A DNA stretch of 64,000 nucleotides from Raja brachyura. Its lineage: Eukaryota. This document shows positions 39,229 through 51,674 of the stretch, one piece after another (within the stretch, counting starts at the first letter, position 1; each line of letters starts with the position of its first letter). The notes beneath the pieces are model-generated. The model saw only the letters and a program-made list of their open reading frames with translations. It did not search any database and was not told where the DNA came from. Where the stretch lies: contig OY740808.1 in the NCBI GenBank assembly GCA_963514005.1, positions 18,228,001 to 18,292,000 on the forward strand. The letters are read 5' to 3'. Position numbers and translations under genes: made by a program.

Positions 39229-40409
39229 AACCCTGTGTTGTCAGTGCAAGGCCAAGCGTACAATATTAGCAAAAAACAATATCACTATTCATGAACACAA
39301 ATAACACGGCTTCAGGTTAATAAATACAGCAGCGAATATATAAAAATATGATGACTTTGGGGATCACAGTTCCAACTGCCAACAGTCAGTTATCCAAAGG
39401 GAAATAATAGTCTGTTAATATAAAGCAACGTTAGTGCTAATAAATCAGGAAATACAGACAAGATCTAACTTTGCAGTGACAGTCAACATGATGCATAACG
39501 TCCATAAATTGAATAGCTTTTTGATCACCAAGGATCATCTCACCAGCCGCTGGGGCATTATGGACATTGGGCTGAAGACCACGTGCCCCTGAGGAGATGG
39601 CTGGTGGGGAAAGTGCAATGGGTTGTATTATATCTCCTCATTTGTCTTCCTGGCAGAACATCTCCGACTTTCAAAGCATCACTGTAATTAAACTGGTGGC
39701 ATGTTAGGAAGGTTTCATTGTTTTCTGGATGATGTGGGTAAGCCATCGGTAGTTGTCCACAGTTGCTGCCTTCTCCTTAGACTCCGATGAGATCAGTGGT
39801 GGGGTCAGCGTGCGGCTCTCACTGTTGAGCCGTTTGAAATGTTTAAATCTATCCAGGGTCTGGCCAAAGGCGACGGCACTATTTCATCACAAACTGGCCC
39901 GTGGGCTGTGGCAAGACTTTGAATTGTTGGAGTTGTTCATCGCAGCAGCCTCAATCTCTTTCTTGCATCCATATTCTCGATGTCATTGGTCTAGTTTAGT
40001 TGTCAGAATGATGTTTTTACAATGAAGGAGTGGATTCTGGCAGTGCCATGAAAACGTCAGAGAAACCATTTTCTCCTTGAGATAGTTATCACTTGACATT
40101 TGCATTATGTAAATGTTAGCTCAATTTGTGATGTTGCCCTATTCTTGGAGTGAGATGGTTTAAAATACCGCACAACCATTGCCAGTGACACTAAAAGTTT
40201 ATTTTGCATAGAAATCTCTAATATTTGGCGATTGCTTTTTTGAAGTATGGGTGCTGTCATTTTGGAGAGCAAAAATCTGTTGAGTCAGATGTTAATCTAA
40301 AAACCTTGTGATGATATGAACTTCTATTGTGATACTGATATTATTCCCTGATTGCCAAGAGAAAGGGATTTAAATTAGAAAATAATGACAAAAAAACATT
40401 AGAGTACAT

Positions 40410-40810
40410 TGAACATAGATATATAGGTGCAGAAGTAGGCCATTCGGTCCTTCGATCCAGTACTGCCATTCAATATGATCATGGCTGATCATCTAAAATC
40501 AGTACCCCGTACCTGCTTTATCCCCATAACCCTTGATTCCTTTAGCCCCAAGAGCTATATCTAACTCTCTTGAAAACATCCAGTGAATTGGCCTCCACTG
40601 CCTTTTGTGGCAGATAATTCCATAGATTCAGAACTGGGTGAAAAAGTTTTTCCTCATCTCAGTCCTAAATGGCCTACCCCTTATTCTTAAACTGTGACCC
40701 TTGGTTCTGGATTCTCCCAACATCAGGATCATTTTTCCTAGCCTGTCCAATCCCTTCAGACTTTTATATGTCTCCATGAGATCTCCTCTCATCCTTCTAA
40801 ATCCCAGTGT
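40410..40810 (-). mobile_element. CR1-type LINE 3' end
   Basis: Close match to 23364-23812 and to the reverse complement of 56600-57013. Confidence 0.9.
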
Positions 40811-40839
40811 CAGCAGTCAGGCAACACGTCCTCTGGATA

Positions 40840-41107
40840 TCAGTCTGAAGAAAGGTCCCGACCCAATACGTCACCTATCCATGTTCTCCAGGGATGCGGC
40901 CCGACCTGTTGTGTTACTCAAGTATTTTGTGTTTTTCTTTGGTATAAACCAGCATCTGCAGTTTCTTGTTATTACATCTCTGGAGCACATTGATAGGAGA
41001 CGTTTTGGGTTGGGACCCTTCCTTCTAATTGGGACATGCTTCACATATTCCTTTTCTTCAGAGATGCTGTCTGACCCGCTGTGTTACTCCAGCTTTTTGT
41101 CTCTATC
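40840..41107. mobile_element. Cluster of three Penelope-like units (sense, antisense, sense)
   Basis: CAGTCTGAAGAAAGGTCCCGACCCAATACGTCACC...; ATCTCTGGAG...GACGTTTTGGGTTGGGACCCTTC; TCCTTTTCTTCAGAGATGCTG.... Confidence 0.8.
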
Positions 41108-41639
41108 TCCTGAACATTTTAGTTTGTTTGTTCAGTGAACCCACCTTGGTCCAGTAAGTTCTATTTTACTGGTGGTTACCCGTTAAATCTAAGTTGGGGC
41201 TACTGCATCATTCTGTCTGATTATGTTCACTATTGGGGGTGTCCTGTCAGTCAGTTAAACCCTCAATGTTGAAGCAGTGAATTCAGGCTGCCATTTACTG
41301 AGTAGCTGGCGACAATATGACTTTTATATTCAAACTCTCCATCATAATAATAATATATTTTATTGTCATTGCACATAAGGCAACGAGATTTGGTTTGCAA
41401 CTTCCATCTGATGTCATAACTTAAACGACTAATAAAATTGAGGTTTAGATAACCTGAGAACAAGGTTTGTGAAAAGAAGGGGCACTGTAGAGGGGGAACA
41501 TGCCAGGGAGGACTGGGTGGGGCATTCCTGTCGTGTGGAGACACCAGAAGTGACCACTTGGCAAGTCTGCCCCCTCTCTCCCCCCCCAACCCCCCTCCTG
41601 TGGATACCTCGCTGTATCTCTGTCCCCCCTCCCCTCCCC

Positions 41640-42080
41640 TCCCGGGTACCAGCGGAACGAGCAGCGATGGCGGGAGCGCGCCTGGCTGTGTTGACGGGAG
41701 CGCGCAAGCCTCCCCCTGCCTGCGCGCCCCCGCCTGTAGTGGAGGCTGCGCTGGCCGACACTGCGCTCTCGGAGCGGAGCAGCGCGGCGGCGGAGGGACG
41801 GCTCCGGCTCCGGCTCCGGCTCCGGCTCGCACACCCGCAGCGGGGAAAGGGAGCGGGCCGGCTCCGGCTGCGGCTCCCGGACCATGCGTGGCCCCCGGCC
41901 CTGAGGCGCCCGCCCCGGACCCTCCTGCCCCGTCCCGTCCCGGACCCGACCCGACCCTCCTGCACCGCGCTGTGGGACAGACAGCGGCTGCTGACAGACA
42001 GCATGTGGACACCCTGCACACACTCTTGATGCTCCCCGCAACCCGCCCGTCCAAATATGATGAAATGGCAGCCCCGGAAG
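41640..42080 (+). promoter_or_regulatory. CpG island / promoter and 5' UTR of a + strand gene
   Basis: Very high GC and CpG density against the AT-rich window; (GGCTCC)n run at ~41800-41828; followed by a canonical donor. Confidence 0.8.
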
Positions 42081-42083
42081 AAG
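42029..42083 (+). CDS. Candidate coding part of the first exon (MLPATRPSKYDEMAAPEE, phase 1); gene unidentified
   Basis: ATG at 42029 (in-frame ATG at 42065), ending at AAG|GTGAGA donor; alternative frame MMKWQPRKK from 42057; the exon could also be non-coding. Confidence 0.4.
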
Positions 42084-42990
42084 GTGAGATGGGGGAGACA
42101 GGAGAGGGGGGGAGACAGAATAGGGGGGAGGGGGAGAGACAGGAGGGGGGGGGGAGAGGAGTAGACAGGAGATTTGTGAGAGGTAGAAACAGGGGAGAGA
42201 GGGGAAGGCAGGAGGAGAGGGAGTGAGAGAGGGTGACAGGACGGGGACAGGGGGTACAGACAGGCGGGGGGGGGGGGTGGCAGGGAGAAGGGAAGACTGG
42301 ATAGAGAGTAGAGGGGGGGGGGGGGAGAGAGAGAGAGTGGGAGTGGGAGGTGACAGGCAGTGAGGGCTGGGAGAGTGGGGGATCGCCCAGTTTCCGTGTG
42401 GGACAGTGCCTGTCACTCGCCCCAAGCGGTGCTCCTGCCGGGACGATGCTGTCTTCGCGTTGTCACTCTGGACGTTTTTGCACGCTTGTGATCTATTGCT
42501 GCGGAAAACTTTCTTTTTGTGCCTTTAAACAAAAAAAAAAAGCCGTGTTGCCATTCTGCGTGAGAATGTGCCGGCGCGGAGTAACTGTACATCCAGCCTG
42601 TCCACACTGTGCGTGTCAGTATTGGAGTCGCCGACACGCCGCCGGCTGGTGGGGCCGGACTGACCGCCAGTTGTTACAGGGTCTGCTGTCTGTAAATGAC
42701 CCGCGATGCCAGTGTGGTCAAAACTGCAGGCGGCAGTCAGTGGCGAAGTCCAGGTCTAGGTGGGCCAGTTGCCCAGTCTGTGGCAGTTCGTGCTGTCTGC
42801 AGGCAGTGTTGCTGCCAATGTCCTGCCCAATCTCTCCCCCCCCCCCACAAACAAAAAACCCTCAGAGTCCAATTGTTGTTATGTCCTTTCTTTTATCCAA
42901 CGCTTTATGCACCGGTTGTGCCTGTTGTGGATGCGACATGCGTGTAGATGGTGTTGGGGATACAGACACGTCTGACAATTTTATGTGCAA

Positions 42991-43166
42991 TGTGCAGGAA
43001 GGAACTGCAGATGCTGGTTTGCACCGAAGATAGACCCAAAATGCTGGAGTAACTCAGCGGGACAGGTAGCATCTCTGGAGGGAAGGAATTATTCCCTCCC
43101 TCGCTCTCTCCAGAGATGCTGCCTGTCCCACTGAGTTACTCCAGCATTTTGTGTCTGTCTTCAGTA
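42991..43166. mobile_element. Fold-back Penelope-like unit with 10-bp TSD
   Basis: Inverted arms; TTATGTGCAA at 42981-42990 and 43167-43176. Confidence 0.9.
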
Positions 43167-44899
43167 TTATGTGCAAACCTGTTTTTTAAATGGACTGACA
43201 TAAATGCAGCATTTTCTATTGGACGCGGGCTCAGCTTGTAGCAGGCGATTGCCAAGGAATTGCACAGAGTTCCGTGTGTTCCCACTGGAGGGCGTGTGCA
43301 TTTGTGTCGACCAGGGTCGGCTAAAGTACAATTTTATTTTTAAAAAATCAAAATTGTAAGAAGATGCAGGGTCTCTTAAAATGTTTAACGACACTATTTG
43401 CAGTCCATTGAAATACATTTAAGGTGGGGTGGGCGGTGATAAATCAGATGGGCCCTGATTGCTTATTGTGTGGTTCAATGTTAGCAGTGATTAGCTCTGG
43501 ATGTTGATGGCTAGAAATGTGGCCAAATTTGCCAACTATTGTTAAATAGGTGTGAGGTAATCGGCAGTGTTTATTTGATTATGAGCTCCGTTTGTGTTGG
43601 TGTTTATTTGCGGGGGCTTTCATTGAATAAAAAAAAAAGGCCAGGCTGTGATTACACATTAGTACTGGAGCACGCCCATAATTTCCAGATCTGGTTGGAA
43701 AGTCTTTATTGTGCCTTGTTGTGTTTAGTCACTGAGCTATGTTTCACAAATTGTCTTCAACAAATGGAACAACGAGTAATGTGTGTTCTGCCACTTAGAG
43801 TATCAGGAACACTCGAATTTCCCATTATAGTGGAATAAATAAGTAGCAATTGTAGTGAGAAATGGGGGGATAAAGAGAGAGAGAGAGAAAGAGAGAGATG
43901 AAATGTATTTCACTACTTATGCTAAGCATTCAATAGACAAAATGATTATCTGGCTTCTATCTTTCTATCCCATTCTTCCCAACATTAAATTATCTCGCCA
44001 GTTCATCAGTCATAGGAGCAGAATTAGGCCATTCGGCCCATTGAGTCTACTCCGCCATTCAATCGTGGCTGATCTATTTTCCCTCTCAACCCCCTTCTCC
44101 TAGTGACTAGTGAGAGTCGTTTAAAATTCCTGGCATAATTTACAAGTTTCAAGCATCGTGACTCTTGGCATTTTGCCTACTAAATGCTGTTTTTTAAAAA
44201 AAGAAAGAAAATAAAACAAGAAAAGGTGTTCCAAAGGGTGAAGATCAGAAGGTTAGTGTGACGTGGTTAATAGAGATCAGCTGTTGGAAGAGGTTTGGCA
44301 TGTTTACTGTGGTTGGAAATGGCTGGTTGTTCAGTATTCAGGTTCAGACCCTGTTATTGAAAAGTGGCTCTTGGGAGCGACGAGATGCCGAGCTTAAATT
44401 TACGATGCAGCGTTAAAAATTAGTCAAGAATGGGGAGCTTTGAATGAACTTCACTGCTTTCAGACCAAAAGATTGATGGTGTCCTTCCTTCCTTCCTGTG
44501 GAAAAGGTGCTGCAATTTAAATGTTAAAATGCACACGCGATCTTTGGTTAATTTATTAATAAATTCAGCGTTGGCAACATATTGTGGCAGAAAACAACAA
44601 CTTGCATTGATAAAGTGCTTGGAATGTGGAAAGAAAAATGTCCCAGGCACTTCACAGCGATGTGGGGAAAACAGATGTAAAAGCAAGGAGTGAGTCTAAA
44701 AGATCGGCTGGAGAGAGCTTGGAGAAGTGGGGAGGGCCAGTGGGTTTAGGAAGAGGTTTACACTGTTCCCAGTGGTGGGCTGAAGGGCGGTACAGCAAGA
44801 AAACATGGGGAGATTTGGTGAGAGAGGTTGCAGATATTGCGCCAGGGAACAGGGTTGTAACAATCGAAAGAGAAAAAAATAGACTTACATTTTAAGGCA

Positions 44900-45375
44900 G
44901 AGTCAGAGAGTCATGCAGCATGGAAATGGGGCCCTTCTGCCCAACATGTTCATACTGACCAAGATGCCCCATCTAAGATGGTCCAATTAACCTTTATTTG
45001 GCCCATATCCCTCAAACCTTTCCTATCCATGTACCCATCTAAATGTCTTAAATGCTGTTTAAATGTTGCTACCTCAACGGCCCCTTCTGGCAGCTCATTC
45101 CATATACCCATCACCCTCTGTGTGGAAAAGAATACACCTCAGGTTCCATTAAATCTTTCCCCTTTCACTTAAACCTGCATCCTCTGGTTCTTGATTTCCT
45201 CTACTCTGGGGGAAAAAGATTCTGTGCATTCACCCTATCTATTCCCCTCATAATTTTATACACCTCTATACAATCACCCCTCCTCCTCCTCCTGCGCTCC
45301 AAGGAATAAAGTCCTGGCCTGTCGAACCTCTCCCTAAAGCTCAGGTTCCCTTGAGTCCTGACATCATCCTCGTAG
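44900..45375 (-). mobile_element. CR1/HER1-type LINE 3' fragment
   Basis: Same tail as 1232-1530, extending into ORF2 C-terminal sequence (CCTGCGCTCCAAGGAATAAAGTCC); a short CR1 tail also lies at 44000-44100. Confidence 0.8.
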
Positions 45376-45894
45376 GATGGTGGATCAGGTGCGAGTGTGG
45401 GTCAGCTTGAATGGATGTGGGGCAGGGCTGAGGGGGTCAAATTGCATTAGTTGCAAGACTGGCAATTTTTACGTTTACCTGAAATTTAAACTGAAGTTAA
45501 AATTTCTGCTTGTAATAAATGCCACAGGGAGAAGATTACTCTGGGATTTATTTGTCAATGCTGTCATTATTTTCCTTATAGCAAAAACTTTATTTAAATT
45601 TAACAGAAGGGTAGATTGTGTTCCATTGGCATGTAGCCACTGGATATTTCTGCTGCAGTGAGGAATTATATGCCCCTCATGGATACATAATCATCCACTT
45701 TGAAAATTTATTTCAAAAATGTCAAATCAATTTTCCTCCATGCAATCACAGTTTCACCCGGAGGAGACCAGTGAGTCCAGCGAGTTGCTGCTGGCCCTGT
45801 GGAACCTTCCTGTTAGTCCCTTGCCTCTACTCTTTGCCCAGATCCCTGAGAGTTATTTTCCTTCAAATGCGTCTCCAGTTGCTGATTGAAAGCA

Positions 45895-46182
45895 GTGTTT
45901 AGATTTTTTTGAGAGACAGCATGGAAACAGGCCCTTCAGTCCAGTCCGACCACTGATCACCTGTTCACACGACTTCTATACTATCTCACTTTCTCACCCA
46001 CTCCCTACACACTAGGGGCAATTTACAGACGGCCAGTTAACTTTCAAACCCACACGTCTTCAGGATATGTGAGGAAACCGGAGCACCTGGAACAAAACCC
46101 ACGTGGTCTCAGAGAGAACGTGCAAACTCCACACAGACACACCCGAGATCAGGATCGAACCCGGGTCTCTGGTGCTGTGAGG
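45895..46182 (-). mobile_element. HE1-type V-SINE
   Basis: GAGAACGTGCAAACTCCACACAGAC...AGGATCGAACCCGGGTCTCTGG. Confidence 0.85.
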
Positions 46183-46757
46183 CACTGCGTGCCTGTTTCC
46201 ATCACTCTCCCAGCTAGTGAGGCCCACGTCATAGCCAGCGGTCAAATTTAAAACAGCACGACTTGAATCTGTTATCACTTTGGATTTGTGTCCCACACTC
46301 CTTCCGAACAGGAAGAGTTTCTGTCTAATTACAGAAGCCTGTTGTGGCTTTTCACCTCTACCAAGCATCTCAAACTTGTCCCAAGGTGAACAGTCACTGT
46401 TATCCAGCCTAAACCTGGAACTGAAACCCTCCTTGGAACCAGAATCGGTACCCTGTTCCTGCTGTCTCCCCATATCCCTTGATGCTGGATGCTAATGATT
46501 CAGGGGAGATAATTAGGCTGACAATTCGGAGAGAGTGACAGAGTCGAGGGAGCTAGTGATGAGGTTTGTTGGATCAAAGCTGTTTTCAGATAACCCCAAG
46601 AAGCAGCATTGGTTCCCATTGCAGTGTTGGTTGTGGGATTATAGAATAAAATGATTGGATTTTCTCCTTGTCTTTTCTGCTGCTGCCTTCCTGTATTTGG
46701 AAACTTGGTGAAGGTTCGGCAATTCTTCATGTCTTGGGCTTATTGAGTAAGAGTAGT

Positions 46758-46903
46758 GTATGAAGGAACTGCAGACCCTGGTTCAAACCGAAGATAGACA
46801 CAAAATGCTGGAGTAACACAGCGGGCCAGACAGGCAGAGATTCCTTCTCTCCAGAGATGCTGCCTGTCCCGCCAGTATTACTCCAGTATTTTGTGTTTAT
46901 CTT
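46758..46903. mobile_element. Fold-back Penelope-like unit
   Basis: AAGATAGACACAAAATGCTGGAGTAAC / TTACTCCAGTATTTTGTGTTTATCTT inverted arms. Confidence 0.8.
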
Positions 46904-47276
46904 GAGTATAAATTGTCAAATAATTAATTGCATCGTGTCAGACAAGTGCTGGGCAACCTAGTTTCCTTATTGTAGGGTGAATGTGCACTTTTCTTGTTAA
47001 TTAATAGTTCCTATTTGATTATAAGTAATGAAAGCCTGACAGAGTAACTTAATCAAAAGATTCTATAAACAATAGTCCGGAAATAATTAGAAAAGTATTC
47101 AAATTGAAAAATTTGTATCGTGTGATGCTGGGTTGCTCTATAATCAATTATTTAATTACAAAAAATTGTTAACGTGTGCATCTTCCATTCAGTTTTGCAT
47201 TACTGTTGAATGTGCAGATGGTGTCACTGTGGTAGTCATATATGTCCATATATTTTTCAGGGTGTCACACTGGATG

Positions 47277-48879
47277 ATTCATGGTTAAATTCCACCCTTG
47301 TCAAAAATTCCGAAATTCCTGACTATTCAGTACATGTATGTTTTTACTCCTGGTTATTTACACAGCCTTGCCCTCTAAATTGATCGCTCTACATCGAGTG
47401 AAGGTGCATATAGTTTAATCATGACATGTAACAACTGTGCGGTGATGTCAAGTCCCAAAGATCTCCTATCTCTGTTTGCTTAGTAAAATTTAATAATACC
47501 ATTTAAACATCGTTAGTTTGACAGAGCTGTATTTTTAACGTTCGACATGTTCACAGCTCCAAGCACTGACTGCAGCTCGCAGCTCACAGCTGGAAGTGGA
47601 GTTACGAGGATCTGGACAGACAGGGAGCTGGAGGAAGTCTGAGGTCAGGCTGCACCAGCGAAGGCAAAAGGTGCCAGTTAATGTTTTGAATTCAGACCCT
47701 GCATCAGGATGCGAGCTGACCCACTGAGTTCTAGCTTTCTGGTCCCTTGGTTCCAGATTCCAGAATCTTCCATCTCTTTTGTCTTTGAAGAAATGGGAGA
47801 GAATAAACCGATCTTTGCATTGCAGTCTGTAATATTTAGGGAGGATTTTTTGAAACGGTTGTTATATCTCATCCATCCCTGTTGTTTGTTGCACAGTGAG
47901 ACCTCAGCGAACAGTATGTAGCTTTTGACCATTGATGTGTGATGCTAAGGGCAAGGCACTATGCCGGGAAAACCAGACCACTCTTTAACTTTGAGAAATA
48001 CAGTAAAGGGGAATAACAAAGAGAATTGCAGTCTTTACCCCTGCCAACCTTTGCCTCGTGTTGAAGGGATTAAAGGAATTGCGGATTGCTGGTGTGAAAT
48101 CGACCCACATCAGTGGCCAGCTCACACTGTACCTGGATGTTTGCCTGTGTTGTAACTGGAGCTTCGCTCTATTCCTGGTATATTTTTACAATTTGTACAA
48201 TCTACGACACCTTTGCATTGCAAATAAACAAAGAGCTCAGTTGCAATATTCTGATTTCATTCACTGGCGTTGGGCAGATCCTTGTCCCATTTTCCAACCA
48301 CAAAATGTAGATCAAGACCGAAGCAGAGGTTTTGATACCAAAACACTAGAAGTAACCCTTGTGTATTTACCCACGTCCAAGGTGTTCCATGGCAAAAGGG
48401 TTTGCATGCCTTGCCCTACATCAGGCCAGTATAAGTGCTTGTCAGTTGATTGAAAGCGTGGAGGAGACTGGCGCTGACAACTCTTGTGCAGCTTATTCAC
48501 TTTATTCTCCTTGAAATCCACCCTCAATGTGTAGAGGACATGCCGGTACAAAGTGAGACTTGTTGCCATCTTTTCTTGCTTGGATTTGTTAGGATTTCCG
48601 AGATAATGGAGTGCAGTTTTGTGCAGCTACACAGTGACAACTTTAGAACATGCAAAATGGAGGCCCATCATGCGTGCTTTCAGTGGGGTTGTGGCTGATC
48701 CTGCACCTCGTCTCCATTCTCCTCGGTTCACAGACATTGGTGTCCGGAATTCGGATGACTCCAGATGCAGTGAAGCCAAGAGTTTGTGTAGTGTGAAGCA
48801 TATCAAGTGCCTGACACTTGGACAGGCTCCTGATACTAAATTTCCGAGTTTTTGACAAGGGTGGAATTTAACCGTGAAT
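47277..48879. repeat. 41-bp inverted repeat pair bounding 1.6 kb (candidate DNA transposon TIRs)
   Basis: 47277-47317 ATTCATGGTTAAATTCCACCCTTGTCAAAAATTCCGAAATT versus the reverse complement of 48839-48879, 3 mismatches; no clear TSD. Confidence 0.7.
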
Positions 48880-49134
48880 ACTTTAATACTCTGCAGGCCA
48901 AACATTGGGTTGTACCTTGCTAACTGCAACATAGAAGGAAGCCATTTTAATCTTCAAGTCCTTGCTGGCTCCCAACAGAGCAAGATTTTAATTGTGTAGG
49001 AAAGAACCTAAATATTAAATGTACCTGTTCTTCACTGTACTTGTGTATGCAATGATAAACTCGATGACATGACAGACCTATCTGTCCCATCCCCCCTTAC
49101 CTCCCTGTAACCTGTCCCTGTAATCCTGCATCGC

Positions 49135-49330
49135 AATTCCTTGTCAACTCCTCATCCATTCTTTTACCAGCTGCCCACAATGAATGGTCATTTACAGTGG
49201 TCAATTAACCCACCGGTACATCTTGGGGTGTGGTTTGAAACCATTCACCCACACTATCACGTGGAGATCGTGTAAACTCCACACAGGCAGCACCCGAGGT
49301 CGGGATTGAGCTCAATCTGGTGCTGTGCAC
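49135..49330 (-). mobile_element. Old degenerate V-SINE
   Basis: GTGTAAACTCCACACAGGCAGCACCCGAGGTCGGGATTGAGC core and B-box remnant. Confidence 0.6.
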
Positions 49331-49799
49331 GGCCATGATACCCGATGCACTTTGCAAAGCGGATGAAGGCCGAGATTGTTTCTTCTTCTGCCACCTCTTC
49401 CTCTTCCCCAGGCCACACCCTGCATTTGGCAGACCATATTCTGCCAGCTCCTACTCGACTCAATCATTAAACCCCTCTCCTCCCCCTCACCTTCTGACTC
49501 CCTGGCTCACATTCATCCTCTGGATTCTTTAGCCCGTGTCCCTCTCTCAAGCAGCTGTAGCAAACGCATGGTCTGACCATACACTTGATTAATTTGCGTG
49601 AGGCATCCATGTGCCTCATTCCACACGAAGGATCAGTTGACGTGCTATACAATGCTTGTCATTTCTGGCATGCACTTGCCCAACTACCCTCCCCCAGTTC
49701 TGCATATGTATGAAGCAACTATGTGCAAAGCTACTTTTTAGCCAGCTACATACATTTTACTGTTGACAACTGGAGAATCTTTTAATAACATTCACCCCT

Positions 49800-50135
49800 A
49801 AGAGCAAAATACTGCAGATGGTGGAAATCTGAAGCAAAGGCTGGAAATACTTAGTGGCTTACACGCGAAGTCTAGAGAAAGCGAGAGAAACAGAAGAAGG
49901 GTCCCGACCCGAAATGCCGTCTGTCCATTCCCTTCACACATGATGCCAGACCCACTGATTTCCCGCAGCACTTTGTGTTTAACTTGTCTATGGCGCTGAT
50001 GCACTACAATGCTGATAACTATATTGTGCTCTCTGTATCTTCCCCTTCATCCTGCGTATTATTTACCTGAGGAAGGGTCTCTCCGGAGATACCACCTGTC
50101 CCACTGAGTTACTCCAACAATTTTGTGTCTATCTA
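49800..50135. mobile_element. Penelope-like units (fold-back at 49800-49985; fragment at 50067-50135)
   Basis: AGAAGAAGGGTCCCGACCCGAAATGCCGTCTG hammerhead remnant with flanking consensus. Confidence 0.65.
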
Positions 50136-51533
50136 TTGTACTAGCGTTAGGCTTGGTAGTATTTATGTCCAGCATTATCTGATCTGTTTGGCTAGCATGC
50201 AAAGCAAAGCCTTTCACTGTATCTCGGTGCACGTGATGATAATAACCCTAAACCGAAGGTTATGGGTTAGTTTGAATACTTCTTATTCAATTCATTCAAA
50301 CTTATTCATTCACTCATTCTGATAAAAGGTCAGTGATCCGAAACTTCTCTCCACAATTTTGTTTTGAATCCTGCTTGGAAGGGCAGCGACTTGCGTTTGA
50401 TATCTGGGCGACGCTGCTGTGATATCAGTGAAATATATAATGCGGTATGTAAAATCCTTGCACTTTGCCTTTCATCCATTACGGTTCCAGTAAAGTATAT
50501 CAGTGGGATGTCTACAGCAGGCACGTCACCACAGCAGGGTTGACACCATGAAATACTCCATCATTTGAATTAAATAGGATCTTAAGTGTAACTTGGAGCA
50601 ATTTTACATTAGAACTAACATTCATCCATAAATTCTGCATTAGATCAGTGATTGAAATACATTTCTTGCGTTTGAGAATTGCAACCTTGCTTCCAGTTGC
50701 CTTTCACAGTAATGGATGCATATAGATTGCCTATAACAATAGAGGTGCAGTGATCCTATGGATGACAATAATATAATCCTATAACTGAAGTAATTTTATA
50801 GATAGCTATCTCTTGAAAAGTGTGGAGTTTGCTTTTTGGAACAGTAGGAAATGACCCTGACAATTGCTAAGTTATTGAATAAACCATGAGGGAGGTAGAG
50901 CGCTGAGACACAGCACGTGCGTGTTAGCATCAGCCATTGTCACTGGGAAATAGCTTTGCTGTAAGTGCGGCAGGCAAAATGACCTCGAAATTTAATTATT
51001 AAATAAAGCGACGACACAATTCTGAGACTATCTGATGGTTAAGGGGCTTTGGTCTCCATTGTTCCCGTGCAGGTGAAACTTGGAGATATTGAAAGGAACA
51101 TGAATCACCTTTACAGCAGATGTGTAAAGTGTAATCATAAATGGATTTTTATTTTTGTGTGGGAAATTATATTTCAAAAAAAAAACCTAAGACAACCATG
51201 CATTATGATTACAACACTGCTGCTGGGCACAATAATACAATGTAGGTTTGTGCGCTCCTTGGGTGTCAGACTTTGTGCCAGGTCTCCAGAATGAACAAAA
51301 GTTGAATTTGGCTATCGTTCGAATAGTACATTGTTAGTTTTGTGAATGGAATTGGAAAATGCAGCAACTTTCTACGGCCCCACTTCCTCGATTCAACAGT
51401 CCGCAAATGTTTTTGAGAAAGTTTTAGCTCCCATCATATAAACGTACAAAGTGACTAAAAATGTGTCACCTAAAATAAAAATAGAATACTCGACAGGTCA
51501 GGCAGCATCTGTGGTAAGATGAGCAGGTAACCT

Positions 51534-51674
51534 GTGTAGGAAGGAACTGCAGATGGTGGCTTAAACCGACATCAGTCTGAAGAAGGGTCTCGACCCGAAA
51601 CGTCACCCATTCCTTCCCTCCAATGATGCTGCCTGTCCCGCTGAGTTACTCAAGCATTTTGTGTCTATCTTTGT
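51534..51674. mobile_element. Penelope-like unit with intact hammerhead, nested in an older unit; 11-bp TSD
   Basis: GCAG(G/T)TAACCT at 51523-51533 and 51675-51685; short antisense arm plus a sense arm starting at the hammerhead. Confidence 0.85.
51575..51608 (+). ncRNA. Minimal type-I hammerhead ribozyme motif
   Basis: GT-CTGAAGA-A-GGGTC TC GACCC-GAAA-CG-TC^ACCC: CUGANGA and GAAA core, stem II, palindromic ACGT in place of helix III, GUC cleavage triplet. Activity not shown. Confidence 0.75.

Noticed and set aside
41263-42425. Five long overlapping ORFs (186-326 aa) on both strands
   Set aside because: Low-complexity Pro/Gly/Arg translations expected from a stop-poor CpG island and G-run tract; no recognisable domain.
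42350-43033. 227-aa ORF after the CpG island
   Set aside because: Lies downstream of the donor, crosses poly-A/poly-C runs and ends inside a repeat; no protein-like features.
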